In this document: positions 1 through 10,339 of the stretch, in pieces | Position numbering within the stretch: position 1 is the first letter of the stretch | Layout of the letters: each line of letters begins with the position of its first letter | DNA from: Candidatus Eiseniibacteriota bacterium | Lineage (GTDB): Bacteria; Eisenbacteria; RBG-16-71-46; JABDJR01 | Direction of reading: 5' to 3' | DNA: 64,000 bases | Assembly (NCBI GenBank): GCA_963762255.1 | Contig: CAVXKA010000003.1 | Location: 352,001-416,000, forward strand | Translations under genes and position numbers: made by a program | Notes under the pieces: generated by a model | What the model saw: only the letters and a program-made list of their open reading frames with translations | Database searches by the model: none | Told to the model about the DNA's origin: nothing

Positions 1-3000
1 TAGTTGAACGGCTCCGCCCGCTTCATCCACTTGGCGAGATCCGGCTCCTTCGAGTTGAGAGGAGCGCCGGGGTGGATGATGCGCGCCGAGCACCGCTCCG
101 CCGCCATCACGAGCTGCTTGAAGGTGCCCGCTTTCGCGTCCTTGATGTACGCCTGCTTGTCCGCGTTGTAGGCGAACATCTTCGGATTCAGATTCGTGCA
201 CTCGTTGCAGGTCGTGCAGAGCGCCGAGTCGATGTAGGGCTCCATCGCGCCCGCAACCTCCGCGGCGGCGACCGGCGCGGAGGCCGGGGCCGCGACGGAA
301 GCGGCAGCGGACACCGGAGCCGCCGGAGCGGCCTGGGCCGCAACCGCACGGGCCGGCGCCGCCATGGTCGCAGCAGCCGGGATCCCGAGATCGCCTCCGT
401 CCCCCTTCATCAGCCCTTCGGCAATGCGGCGCGCGATGAGCGCCGGGAAACGCTCCTTCAGGTCGGCGATCTGCGCCTCGTACTGCGCCTTGAGATCCGC
501 GAGCTTCCGCTCGTACTCCTCCTCGAGCGGGCCCGCCACCTTGTAGCGCGCGGTCTCGGAGACCTTCACCCCGGCCAGCTCGAGCAGCTCGCCCCAGAAC
601 GCCAGACGATCCTCGGCCAGGCTCACGATTTCCTCGGAAACCACGAGCCGGCTGAGCTTGCGCTTGCCGTCGACGACCATGATGTACGGGATCTTGCCCT
701 GACGATCGGCGGGCGCCATCGCCACCAGCTCGTGGAACGGAACCATCGCGTCGCTCCACTTCGCGCGCGCAATCGGCTTGAAGTGCCGGCCGAAGCGCGG
801 CTCGGTGGCGGCCCAGTCGGCCACGGTGAGCGGCAGCGACATCGTCTTCTCGCTCCCGTCCTCCTCGACGTAGGTCAGCTCGTAGGTCGGCCAGGTCTCT
901 TCGAGGTCCGGGTTCCCGTCGAGGTTCAACCGCTCGGCCAGCGTCTCGCCGGCGTCGGGATCGTAGACCAGGTAGGGATACGCGCGGCTCTCGAGCGCCA
1001 GCTTGGCCGCGTGCGCGGAGCCGGAGTCGGGGAGCCCGTGCTCCGCCTGGCACGGCGTGTAGATGTTGAACAACGCCGGCCGCCGCGAGTTGAGCCCTCG
1101 CAACACCCCGCCGATCAAGTGCGCGGGAAGCGCCTGCGAGGTCTGCAGCACGTAGCTATTGCGGTGGGCCATGGCGATGAGCGCCATTTCCTTCCGCTGC
1201 TCCTCCTTGCCGTGACTCGCGGCCCCGTAGGCGGCCATGTCCGAGATCTGACCGTGGAACCCGCTGGTGCAGGCCTGTCCGCCGGTGTTGGAGTACACCT
1301 GGGTATCGAGCACGACCACACGGATCGGCTTGCCCGAGGCGAGGAGCCGGGACACGTTCTGGAACCCGATGTCGAGCATGGCGCCGTCGCCGCCCACCGC
1401 GAGCATGGGCGGGCAGAGCCGGAACTCGTCGTCGGAGAACTGCCGCCAGTCGAACGCCTCGAAGAACTTCCCGTGCTTGGCGGCGTCAAACGAGTCGGCG
1501 ATCTCGATCTCCGCCTTGCGCACCGACGCGAACGCATCGGACATCTTCCGCATGAGCCCCTCGAAGATGCCGATGGCGATCGAGGGCGCATCCTGGAAGA
1601 GGTGGTTGGTCCAGGGATAGGGATACGGGTTGTAGGGATAGGTGCTGCCCCACACCGAGGAGCACCCGGTCGAGTTGGCGATGCCGAGGGAGGCGCGCCC
1701 GCGGCCGCTGGGCCCGGTCGTGTACCGCCAGCGCAGGTCGCGGATGTCGCGGATCAGCGCGTGCAGGCGCCCCAGGCGCTCGCGCTCGGGTCCCTGCACG
1801 TGCATGTCCACGTGCACGGTGCCCGTCGCCGCCACCTCGTTGAGATCGGTGGTGGCGACCAGGATCTCGCTCACCTTCTTCTCGAGCTGCTTCTCGAGAG
1901 CCTCGAGCTTGGCCACGAAGCCGGCCACGCGCGGCTGCATGTGCGCCTCGATGGCCGACACCACGAGGTGCATGCCGGTCTTCTCGCCGCAGCCCATGCA
2001 GGAGCCGTCGCCACCCACCATGGAGTGGAAGTTCTTCTTCGTGAGAAGGAGCGTGTTGAGCACCCCGATCCCCTCGTCGATGTCGCTGATCTGGATGAAA
2101 CGCGCCGGCGTGTCGGGAAGCTTCTCCCAGACCGCCCAGTTCCGCTTGAGCTTGGCCACGGTGGCGTCATCCTGCTTGATCGTGACCAGGGCGTTGTCGG
2201 GACAGACCTCCACGCAGAGGTTGCACCCCTTGCAGGCGTAGGGATTGATGGTGACGGAGAGGAGACCTCCCGAGCCTTCCTTGCGCTTCTCGGGGCCGGT
2301 GAAGAACGGCACCGTCTTGGCCAGCGGGAACTCGCGGATGCGCCGCGCCAAGGCGTCGAACTCCTCGTCCAACGACTTGCGCTCGGCATCGGCGAGCTGG
2401 GCCTCCTTCACGACCTTCTCGTAGGCGCGGGTCAGCGTCGCGGCGAAGGTGGTGAACGTCGGCTCGTCCTTGAGGAGGCGGCGCGACTCGCGGGCCAGCC
2501 CGGGGAAGAGGGTTTTCATGGCCGCGCTCGGCACCGAGTCGGTCCCGGCGTACGCCGCGGCGCGGATCACGTCCTCGATCTCGCTCACGAGTCCGGGAAT
2601 GGCCGCGTCCGGGCACTGGGTCCAGCACTGCCCGCAGCCGGTGCACTTGTCGGCGACGAACTCGGGCACCTCGAAGCGGATGCCGGTCATGTCGCGGAAG
2701 ATGCCGCTGGCGGCCGGGATCGCCGAGATCGCGGAGAACGGATCCGCGATGGGGTCATCGCCGGTGCCGTAGAGCGCGCAGACCTGACCCATGAAGCGAT
2801 ACGGGTCTGCGATCCCCTCGGCGGTGTCGGTGTCGCGCAGATACCATGGAGCCTCGAGGTCGGCCCTCGCCTTGTCCTCGCCGGCGTTCTCGCCGAGGCT
2901 CTTCCACTCGAGTTCCTTCACCTCTTCGAAACCGCGGCGGATGACCCGGAAGTTGTCCTCGACCACCTGCACGCCACGATGCCCGAACTTCTTCTCGAGC

Positions 3001-5006
3001 TGCTTGCGGATGGTGTCGAAGAGCTTCGTCTCGTCCAGCTTCTCCCGCTGCATGATCGGCGAGGACTTGAAGAACGCGCCCTGGAAGGCCGCGCCCTGCA
3101 TGCGGAACTGGAGGTCGGCCTCATCGGTCTCGGCCTTGGCGATGGCGAACGCGTCGAGGAAGAAGACCCGGATGTTCTTCTCGCGGATCGTGCGCTGCGC
3201 CCAGCGCGGGAGCGAAGACCAGAGTGCTCCCGGAGCTTGATCGTGCTGGATGATGAAGCAGCCACCCTCGCTCAGCCCGCTCAACGGGTTCGAATGCCGG
3301 AACACATTGGGGTCGGGCGAGAGCACCACGTCCACCAGCTTGAGTTCGCAGTTCGTGCGGATCGGAGCGTGCGCGAACACCCCGTAGAACGTGGTGGGCT
3401 GCCCCTTCTTCTCCGAACCGTACTTGGGGTTGGACTTCACGTTCATGCCCAGGAGTTCGAACAGGGTCATGGTGAGGTTCTTGCCCATGGTGATGGCACC
3501 CCACCCGCCGATGGAGTGGATGCGCACCGCGAGCGAGTCCTTGGGAAGCAGGCTGACGTTCTCCTTGGACTCGAGCGCGAGCTCGGCCACCTGCGGATAC
3601 GCCTGGACGATCTTCTCCTGCCAGTCCTTGAGCTTTCCGGTCACGGTTCCCTTGCGGACGAACTCGATGCCGAGGTAGAACTGCCGCTTCTTGGCCCCCT
3701 GCGGGAGCATGTTGTCCACAGCGGCGATGAGATCGCCGGCCTGCAGGTCGCGGCTTCCCATGCCGAAGCAGCCGGAGTAGAACTCGGGCATGTCCTCGGG
3801 GCGGATGGCCGGGATCCCGGCGTGCGGGACGGCCTGGCCGGCGGCGCGGCCGTTCTCCACCGCCTTGGACATGGCGGCCCGGATCTCGCGCATGAGCGGC
3901 GCGTCCACGGCGAGCGGCTGATCCACGCGCTCCAACACCACCGCCCCCTTCTTCCCCTTGAGAATCGACACCAAGAGGTCGCTCGGGAAGGGACGGAACA
4001 TCACGACGTTGACCACGCCGACCTTGACGCCCTTCGAGCGCAGGTAGTCGACCAGCGCCTCGGCGTTGGCCACCAAGGAGCCCTGCCCCACGATCACGTA
4101 CTCGGCATCGTCGGTGAGATAGCCCATCACGCGCGCGTAGCGGCGGCCGGTGAGGGCGCCGTACTCGGCGAAGGCCTGGTCGGCGAGGGCGGCCACGTGG
4201 TCGAAGAAGAAAGGCCGCTGGGAAGCCACACCCTGCGCGTAGCTGTCCTGGTTCTGAACGACGCCGATCATCGCCGGGTTGTCGAAGTCGAACATCTCGG
4301 GGATGCGGCGGCGCTTCTCTCCGAACACCAACTTCTGGGCCGGCGTCGGCGAGGTGATGATGTCGGACGGATCGCCGAGGTATTCCTTGATGAGCGCGCG
4401 CTCGGGCAGCATGAGCGACTCGATGGCGTGGCTGGTGAGGAAACCGTCCTGCGCGCAGATGCCGGGCGTCAACGCCAGCTCCGCGGTGCGGTGGGCGATC
4501 AGGTTGAAGTCGGCCCCGGTCTGGGCGTCCTTCGCGAAGATCTGGAAGAATCCGGTGTCGTCGACGGCGTGGTAGTCGTCATGGCCGGCATGCACGTTGA
4601 GCGCGTGCTTCGTCATCGCCCGGCATGCCATGTTGAGCACGTAGGTCAACCGCTTCCCCACCGCTGCGTAGAGCGACTCGTGCATGTACGCGATGCCCTG
4701 CCCGGAGGAGAAGTTCGCAGAGCGCAGGCCTGCCATCGACATGCCCGCGGTGACGCCGGCGGCGGCGTGCTCGCCCTCCGGCTCGAAGAAGAGAAGCCGG
4801 CGTCCATTCACGTTGAGCTTCCCTTGCGCCGCCGCGACCGCCCATCCCTCGCCCATCTGCGTGGACGGGGTGATGGGGTACGCGCCCGCAGCCTCGCTGG
4901 CCGCGGTCTCCATCTCGACCAGCGCCTGGGTGCCGTCCATGGCCTCCGGGGTGCCGGGATACTTCGGGGTCGAAACCTTCTGCTCGAGTTCCTGCGTGGC
5001 CTTCAT
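1..5006 (-). CDS. Large (~1668 aa) pyruvate/2-oxoacid:ferredoxin oxidoreductase (NifJ/PFOR type) with an extra C-terminal ferredoxin domain; stop codon probably clipped by the window edge
   Basis: Not in the ORF track; translated by hand from ATG 5006 (RBS AGGAG): MKATQELEQ...AGAYPITPSTQMGEGW, SIGGWGA, CTGCGQCWTQCPD, CKGCNLCVEVCPD, GGDGAMLDIGFQ...VYSNTGGQ (TPP motif), Ala/Pro linker, then CTTCNEC...C, ending KRAEPFN followed by TA at positions 2-1. Confidence 0.93.
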   Translation of the reverse strand, partial: MKATQELEQKVSTPKYPGTPEAMDGTQALVEMETAASEAAGAYPITPSTQMGEGWAVAAAQGKLNVNGRRLLFFEPEGEHAAAGVTAGMSMAGLRSANFSSGQGIAYMHESLYAAVGKRLTYVLNMACRAMTKHALNVHAGHDDYHAVDDTGFFQIFAKDAQTGADFNLIAHRTAELALTPGICAQDGFLTSHAIESLMLPERALIKEYLGDPSDIITSPTPAQKLVFGEKRRRIPEMFDFDNPAMIGVVQNQDSYAQGVASQRPFFFDHVAALADQAFAEYGALTGRRYARVMGYLTDDAEYVIVGQGSLVANAEALVDYLRSKGVKVGVVNVVMFRPFPSDLLVSILKGKKGAVVLERVDQPLAVDAPLMREIRAAMSKAVENGRAAGQAVPHAGIPAIRPEDMPEFYSGCFGMGSRDLQAGDLIAAVDNMLPQGAKKRQFYLGIEFVRKGTVTGKLKDWQEKIVQAYPQVAELALESKENVSLLPKDSLAVRIHSIGGWGAITMGKNLTMTLFELLGMNVKSNPKYGSEKKGQPTTFYGVFAHAPIRTNCELKLVDVVLSPDPNVFRHSNPLSGLSEGGCFIIQHDQAPGALWSSLPRWAQRTIREKNIRVFFLDAFAIAKAETDEADLQFRMQGAAFQGAFFKSSPIMQREKLDETKLFDTIRKQLEKKFGHRGVQVVEDNFRVIRRGFEEVKELEWKSLGENAGEDKARADLEAPWYLRDTDTAEGIADPYRFMGQVCALYGTGDDPIADPFSAISAIPAASGIFRDMTGIRFEVPEFVADKCTGCGQCWTQCPDAAIPGLVSEIEDVIRAAAYAGTDSVPSAAMKTLFPGLARESRRLLKDEPTFTTFAATLTRAYEKVVKEAQLADAERKSLDEEFDALARRIREFPLAKTVPFFTGPEKRKEGSGGLLSVTINPYACKGCNLCVEVCPDNALVTIKQDDATVAKLKRNWAVWEKLPDTPARFIQISDIDEGIGVLNTLLLTKKNFHSMVGGDGSCMGCGEKTGMHLVVSAIEAHMQPRVAGFVAKLEALEKQLEKKVSEILVATTDLNEVAATGTVHVDMHVQGPERERLGRLHALIRDIRDLRWRYTTGPSGRGRASLGIANSTGCSSVWGSTYPYNPYPYPWTNHLFQDAPSIAIGIFEGLMRKMSDAFASVRKAEIEIADSFDAAKHGKFFEAFDWRQFSDDEFRLCPPMLAVGGDGAMLDIGFQNVSRLLASGKPIRVVVLDTQVYSNTGGQACTSGFHGQISDMAAYGAASHGKEEQRKEMALIAMAHRNSYVLQTSQALPAHLIGGVLRGLNSRRPALFNIYTPCQAEHGLPDSGSAHAAKLALESRAYPYLVYDPDAGETLAERLNLDGNPDLEETWPTYELTYVEEDGSEKTMSLPLTVADWAATEPRFGRHFKPIARAKWSDAMVPFHELVAMAPADRQGKIPYIMVVDGKRKLSRLVVSEEIVSLAEDRLAFWGELLELAGVKVSETARYKVAGPLEEEYERKLADLKAQYEAQIADLKERFPALIARRIAEGLMKGDGGDLGIPAAATMAAPARAVAAQAAPAAPVSAAASVAAPASAPVAAAEVAGAMEPYIDSALCTTCNECTNLNPKMFAYNADKQAYIKDAKAGTFKQLVMAAERCSARIIHPGAPLNSKEPDLAKWMKRAEPFN

Positions 5007-5067
5007 CACACTTCGCTCCTTGACGGTGCCCGGCCGACGTTGACGGCGGCCGGAGCGGCAACTGACA

Positions 5068-7359
5068 CTACGAATCCGATTCGAGCGCGGAGGGATCGAT
5101 CAAACCCAGGAGGTCCCTGGTCATCTCCTCCACCTGCACTCCCGTCGGGGGGACGCCCCCCGCGGGGACTTCCTGCTCCAACTGCGCGGACTCCACGAGC
5201 CCGAGCAGCTTGGCCGCCACTTCATCCACACTCATCCCGCGCAACCCATCCAACCCGGCGGCCGGGGCGGCAAAGGCGGCGACGTCGATCTCCAAAAGCG
5301 CGGCGGTCATCCGATTGACCGCTTCTTCCCCCGCGCGCCGGCGAACCTGGTCCAGCTCGCGCGCGTGCTCCGTCGACAGCTTCTCGCGATCGTCGAGGGC
5401 CTTGACCTCGTACTCCTCGCGAGCCCGATCGGCGGCTTCCTGAACGTAGGCATTGCGCACACCGGCGAGTTCCTGAAGGGTGCGCCAGTATCCGAGACGG
5501 TCCCGAGTGGCGAGCGCGAGACGCCGGCTCACCGCCAGCCGCGCGAGCCGCCCATCCGGGCCGACGGCCCAGATCATCGGAATCTTCTGCGCCGCCGTCT
5601 CCACGGGGAGGCGCAGATACTCGTGAAGCGGCACCAGGTCCTCGGCGGCGACCCCGCCGGGGACGACCCGGAAGTGGTCTCTATAGGCCGGTTCGAGCAG
5701 CGCGAAGTCGGCGAAGGTGAACCGCAGGAGCATCGTCTCCTCGCCCCCCTCCTCCTTCTTCACCGCCAGCTCGTGCACCGGCCAGTCGTCATCGTTGGCC
5801 GGGTTCTCGTGGAACGTCATCCGACGCGACCACGTCTCCCCCGCCTCGGGGTCGTAGTGGAACACCGGATGCGCGCGACCTTCCAGGGCCGCGGTTAGAA
5901 AGAGCCAGGGGTCCGCCGACGCCGCGGCGCCCCGGGTGCCGTCCGCCACCGCCACCACGTGAAGCGCGGTGTGGGCGGCGTGCAACCCCTTGGCGAAGCC
6001 CTCGAGCATGTGCAGCGGCCGGGCGACTGTGGTCTGCTGCACGACCGCCTCGCGGTGGCTGATGCCGAGATAACCCGGTTCGAAACGGTGCCCGGACAGC
6101 GCGTCCTCCTCCTCGGCGCCGGGGTTCTCGGCGGGATGCCCCAGCAGAAGAACCTGCACCGGACGCCCGGAGAGCAGGAGACGCGACAAGGAGAGCAGTC
6201 CGTCCCCGGCCACCAGCGCCGCGGGCACCACCGCCACGATCGTCGGAATCAGATGAAGCTCGTCGCGCGAGAAGAGTTCCCAGCCAAGCTGGGCGAGCCA
6301 CGGGTCGTGCCGGGCGGGATCGTATCGCTCCGCCAGCTCGAGCCGCGCCATGTGTACCGCTCGCAAGACCTCGGCGACGTCGGTGGCCGCTTCGTCGAAG
6401 CGCTCGGCGGCGGCACGGCAGGGGTCCGCGCTCGGCACCACGTTCCAGCCCGAAAGTGCGAGCCGAAGTTCGGGGGGCGCGATCAGCGTGGGAGCAACAT
6501 GCGCCGAGGACTCGATGTAGCCGTCGAGCTGCTCCAGGGTCAGTTCGAGGCGATCGCGCCTCGCGGCGGGAAGCCCGGCGCCGCCGCGGCGCGTGCTGAG
6601 CATCCCCGAGAGGGCGTCTCCCTTGATGAACTGGCTGCCCACCCCGCCCATGGCGCCGGTGACCGCCTTCTCTTGCGTCCCCTCCGGTCCCTTTGACCGG
6701 TCCACTTCGAGCACGCCGCGGACCTTCTCGGCGAGCATGCTCACCTCGTCGGCGAAGGCGTGCCGGGCCGGGGTGAGGCGCGCGTCGGCGGCGTGGTGCA
6801 GCAGATGAAAGGGCGAGGCGGCGCTGAACGGGAGCAGAAGTCCCTGCGCGGGAACCGAGGCGATCAACGTCTCGATATCCTTCGCCAGTTGTTCGTTCTC
6901 CGCGTTGCCGAGTTTGAGCTCGGCAACCAAAGCCGTGCCGGCTTGCCGCATCGTCTCCGCCGCATCCGCCGGCTCGCTGCTCGCGGCGAGAGCCGCACGT
7001 ACCTGCTTCTCGAGTCGGGGCAGATTGTCGCGCAGCACGCGGGCGGCCTCGTCCTGGGGTACGGCGCGCTTCAGCAGATCAGCCAGGGGAAGGGCCAGGC
7101 GCTCCGGCTCCTCCGTACTCCACGGGGAGAGAAAGAGCGGATAGTCGACCCGCACCTCCTCGGAAGCCAGCAGCGCATGGAGAACCGCCGGCGACATCCC
7201 CGCCGTCGAACTCGGTTCCTTCCCGGCCAATCCGGCCAGGTGAAAGCGCCTCAACTCCGCCAGGAGATCCTGGTTCGTTGACCCGCCCCCTCGAGGAAGC
7301 ACCGGCTTCGAACCACCGGACATCGTCCCCTGCGTCGTGTTCGCCGTCTTGGTAGCCAT
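5068..7359 (-). CDS. Degenerate PFOR C-terminal-domain paralog (763 aa), no recognisable TPP or Fe-S motifs
   Basis: ALEGRAHPVFHYDPEAGETW...ENP...WP...TFADFALLEP aligns by eye with ALESRAYPYLVYDPDAGETL...GNP...WP...TVADWAATEP of the neighbouring PFOR; start re-assigned to MATKTAN (7359). Confidence 0.75.
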   Translation of the reverse strand: MATKTANTTQGTMSGGSKPVLPRGGGSTNQDLLAELRRFHLAGLAGKEPSSTAGMSPAVLHALLASEEVRVDYPLFLSPWSTEEPERLALPLADLLKRAVPQDEAARVLRDNLPRLEKQVRAALAASSEPADAAETMRQAGTALVAELKLGNAENEQLAKDIETLIASVPAQGLLLPFSAASPFHLLHHAADARLTPARHAFADEVSMLAEKVRGVLEVDRSKGPEGTQEKAVTGAMGGVGSQFIKGDALSGMLSTRRGGAGLPAARRDRLELTLEQLDGYIESSAHVAPTLIAPPELRLALSGWNVVPSADPCRAAAERFDEAATDVAEVLRAVHMARLELAERYDPARHDPWLAQLGWELFSRDELHLIPTIVAVVPAALVAGDGLLSLSRLLLSGRPVQVLLLGHPAENPGAEEEDALSGHRFEPGYLGISHREAVVQQTTVARPLHMLEGFAKGLHAAHTALHVVAVADGTRGAAASADPWLFLTAALEGRAHPVFHYDPEAGETWSRRMTFHENPANDDDWPVHELAVKKEEGGEETMLLRFTFADFALLEPAYRDHFRVVPGGVAAEDLVPLHEYLRLPVETAAQKIPMIWAVGPDGRLARLAVSRRLALATRDRLGYWRTLQELAGVRNAYVQEAADRAREEYEVKALDDREKLSTEHARELDQVRRRAGEEAVNRMTAALLEIDVAAFAAPAAGLDGLRGMSVDEVAAKLLGLVESAQLEQEVPAGGVPPTGVQVEEMTRDLLGLIDPSALESDS

Positions 7360-7376
7360 CGAAATCCCCCCGCCGA

Positions 7377-8330
7377 TCAAACGGCGAAGCGGTCCAGTTC
7401 CTTGCTGATCGCGACGAGTTTCTCGTCCGGGCTCATGTCCATGCCCTGGGCGGTGTACTCGTCGTAGCGCGGCGCGTCCGGGTTCCAATAGAAGAGCCCG
7501 ATCGCCATCCGCTCGCCGGGAGTCGCCAGCTCACGCGCGGCGTTGATGTTCGAAGGATCGTGAGAGAGTTGGTTCTTGTACATCCGGGCGACCGCGTTGT
7601 CCACCTGAATACCCTTTTCATGCGTCAGCAGGAGCATGAGATCCGGGTTGCGCTGAAGCTCCTGCCACACACCGGTGGTGTATTGCGGGCAACGTTGCAG
7701 GATATGGACGAAGCTCAGCCCCTTGTGCTCGTGCGCCGCCTTGAGCGTCGCGTAGAGATGAGGCGGATTCCAGTCCACCGTGCGGGCCACGAACGAGGCG
7801 TTGGTGAGCCCCAGCGTCGACTGGATGATGTTGATGGGGGGGAGCCATGCCCCCCTCGGGTGGGTGTTGGTCTTGAGCCCGATCGGGGTGGTGGGCGACG
7901 TCTGCATCTTGGTGAGCCCGTAGATGCTGTTGTCGAACACCATCACCGTCATGTCCATGTTGTAGCGGATGGCATGGACCCAGTGCCCGGCACCTATCGA
8001 GCAGCAGTCGCCGTCCCCCGTGGCCACCCACACATGCAGGTCCGGCCGGCGCGCCTTCACGCCGCAGGCCACCGGCAGCGCGCGCCCGTGGAGGCTGTGG
8101 AACCCGTACGCGTGCATGTAGTGCGGGAACCGGCTCGAGCAGCCGATGCCCGAGATGGACGCGATCTTCTCCGGGGGGATCTGCTTGTCGCGGCAGATCT
8201 TCTGAACCGCGCTCAGGACGGAGTGATCCCCGCAGGAGGGGCACCACCGCGCCGTCCCTCCCTCGTAGCTCTCGAGGGTGAAGTACCGATCGGGAACCTC
8301 GAGAGACCAGTCGAGTTTCACATCGAACAT
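7377..8330 (-). CDS. korB: 2-oxoacid:ferredoxin oxidoreductase beta subunit (KorB-like)
   Basis: WCPSCGD, SGIGCSSR, HGRALP, TGDGD, DNSIYGLTKMQTSPT motifs; start MFDVKL overlaps the alpha-subunit stop. Confidence 0.92.
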   Translation of the reverse strand: MFDVKLDWSLEVPDRYFTLESYEGGTARWCPSCGDHSVLSAVQKICRDKQIPPEKIASISGIGCSSRFPHYMHAYGFHSLHGRALPVACGVKARRPDLHVWVATGDGDCCSIGAGHWVHAIRYNMDMTVMVFDNSIYGLTKMQTSPTTPIGLKTNTHPRGAWLPPINIIQSTLGLTNASFVARTVDWNPPHLYATLKAAHEHKGLSFVHILQRCPQYTTGVWQELQRNPDLMLLLTHEKGIQVDNAVARMYKNQLSHDPSNINAARELATPGERMAIGLFYWNPDAPRYDEYTAQGMDMSPDEKLVAISKELDRFAV

Positions 8331-10240
8331 GCCGCAGCTCCTTTGGTGGCGTCGAGCCGGTGCTTGAGTTCCTTGTAGATGCGTCCGGGAGGCAGCGGCG
8401 CACCGGGAATGATGGACCAGCAATCCACGTCCACGAGCGTGGCCTGACGCAGGATCTGAGCGAGCTGAGCCCGCCGCCGGTTCTCCGGCGTAACGAACGG
8501 GTCATCCGCACGGTCGCTGTAGTTGATCTCCACGGTCATCACCCGCTTGAAGCCGGCGAACATCTCGGTCAGGCCCGGTTCCAGCGGCGAGAGGAAGTGA
8601 AGGTGGGTCGAGGAGACCTTGTGGCCCTCGGCGCGCAGCCGGCTCACCGCCTCTTCGATGCTCCCCTTCGTCGACCCCCAGCCCACCACCAGCAGATCGC
8701 CGGTGGGATCGCCGTGCAGCGGCGGCGGCACCAGCGTGCTCTGCAACGCCGCCAGTTTTCGGCTGCGCATGTCGCAGCCTTTCTGGTTCGACGTCGGGTC
8801 GTAGGCGACCTTGCTCCAGCGCGTGTGCGCGAGGCCGGTGAGCGTGTACTCCCCGCCGCGCTGACCCGGGATGGGCCGGCGGGAAAGCCCCGTCTTCTCG
8901 TCCCAGTCGTAGGGCGCGACCCCTTCCTCCCAGTTGGATTGGTCGATGGGAAGGGCCAGCCATTCCATGCGCGGCTCCGGCCGCGGGAAGGGTTGGACTC
9001 CGGTGGCGAGGTTGGCGTCGGTCAGGACCAGCACCGGCGTGCGGAAGTCCTCGGCGAGCTTGCGCGCGAGGATCACGAAGTGGAAGCACTCGGCGATGGT
9101 GGCAGGCGCGATCACGACCTTGGGTGCATCGCCGGCCGCCGCAAAGAGTGCCGCCAGCAGATCTCCCTGCTCCACCTTGGTCGGCAGCCCCGTGCTGGGC
9201 CCGCCGCGCTGCACGTCCACGATCACCAGCGGCACCTCGCACATGGCGGCAAGCCCGATGAACTCGGTCTTGAGCGCGAGGCCGGGACCCGAAGTGATCG
9301 TGCAGGCGGTCTTGCCCGCGTAGCTCGATCCGATGGCGAAGCCGATCGCGGCGATCTCGTCCTCCGCCTGATGCAGGCAGCCGCCCACCTTGTGGTAGAC
9401 GCTGGCGACGTAATGGGAGGCCGAGGTCGCGGGGGTGATCGGGTACATGGCCAGGACTTCCATGCCGGCGGCCATCACGCCCATTCCCACCGCCTGGTTC
9501 CCGTTCATGACCACGAGCGGCTCGTCGTGGGGCCACGGCGGAACCTCGTAGGCCAGCCCAATGTTACGCGCCGCAAACTCGTAGCCCGCGCGAAGGAGGT
9601 TCTTGTTGAGATCGACAACCTCCTTGCTCTTGCGGTGGAAGATGTACTCGACCTCTTCGTAGGCCCGGGCCAGATCGCGGTCATAGATCTGGCAGAGCAT
9701 CCCGAGCACGAACATGTTCTTGCCCAGCTTCGGGTTCGAGGTGACCTCCATGCAGGCCTGCTCGATGGCGATCTCGTGGACGGTGAAGCCCCGATCCCGG
9801 AACTCCTTGACCGCGGTCGCGTACTGGGCGCGGATCTCGTCCAGGGGGTCTTCCGCCCACTTGTTTTCCAGCAAGATCACCGTGCTCTTCCCGAACGCGC
9901 CCTCGGCGATGCGCCCGTAGAGCACCTGCTCGTTGAACGCCACCACGAGGTCGGCCTCGTCACCCATGTTGGTGACGTAGCTCGAGCCCAGGCGCACGCG
10001 GATGCCGCTCGCGCCCGCGGGCGAGCGCGCCGGCGGCTTGATCTCCGCCGGAATGATTTCCACCGTCCACACGCCGTTGCCCATCTTTGCGCAGACCGTG
10101 CCGAAGACCTGGCCCGCCTTCTGGGCGCCTTCTCCCGAGTCGCTCACGATCTCGACGATGTGCTCGTCGATCCGCTTGCGCGACGTGCCGGTCGGCGTCT
10201 GGCCTTTCGCCGTGGCTGTCTTCGCTTCATCCGGAGTCAT
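8318..10240 (-). CDS. korA: 2-oxoacid:ferredoxin oxidoreductase alpha subunit (gamma-alpha fused, KorA-like)
   Basis: DSGEGAQ, YPITPAT, QAEDEIAA, TSGPG, QRGGPSTGLPTKVEQGDL, GWGST motifs. Confidence 0.93.
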   Translation of the reverse strand: MTPDEAKTATAKGQTPTGTSRKRIDEHIVEIVSDSGEGAQKAGQVFGTVCAKMGNGVWTVEIIPAEIKPPARSPAGASGIRVRLGSSYVTNMGDEADLVVAFNEQVLYGRIAEGAFGKSTVILLENKWAEDPLDEIRAQYATAVKEFRDRGFTVHEIAIEQACMEVTSNPKLGKNMFVLGMLCQIYDRDLARAYEEVEYIFHRKSKEVVDLNKNLLRAGYEFAARNIGLAYEVPPWPHDEPLVVMNGNQAVGMGVMAAGMEVLAMYPITPATSASHYVASVYHKVGGCLHQAEDEIAAIGFAIGSSYAGKTACTITSGPGLALKTEFIGLAAMCEVPLVIVDVQRGGPSTGLPTKVEQGDLLAALFAAAGDAPKVVIAPATIAECFHFVILARKLAEDFRTPVLVLTDANLATGVQPFPRPEPRMEWLALPIDQSNWEEGVAPYDWDEKTGLSRRPIPGQRGGEYTLTGLAHTRWSKVAYDPTSNQKGCDMRSRKLAALQSTLVPPPLHGDPTGDLLVVGWGSTKGSIEEAVSRLRAEGHKVSSTHLHFLSPLEPGLTEMFAGFKRVMTVEINYSDRADDPFVTPENRRRAQLAQILRQATLVDVDCWSIIPGAPLPPGRIYKELKHRLDATKGAAACSM

Positions 10241-10339
10241 GAATTTCCCCTGTCGTTTGAGTCCATTCGATCGAATCGGCCCGGCGAAGAGGCGGGGACC
10301 GGTGCCGCGCCACAGACCCGCGCGGGATGGGTAGTACCG

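Noticed and set aside
72-5318. 1748-aa plus-strand ORF
   Set aside because: Antisense shadow of the minus-strand PFOR; Arg/Gly/Ala-rich with no motifs, typical of high-GC codon bias
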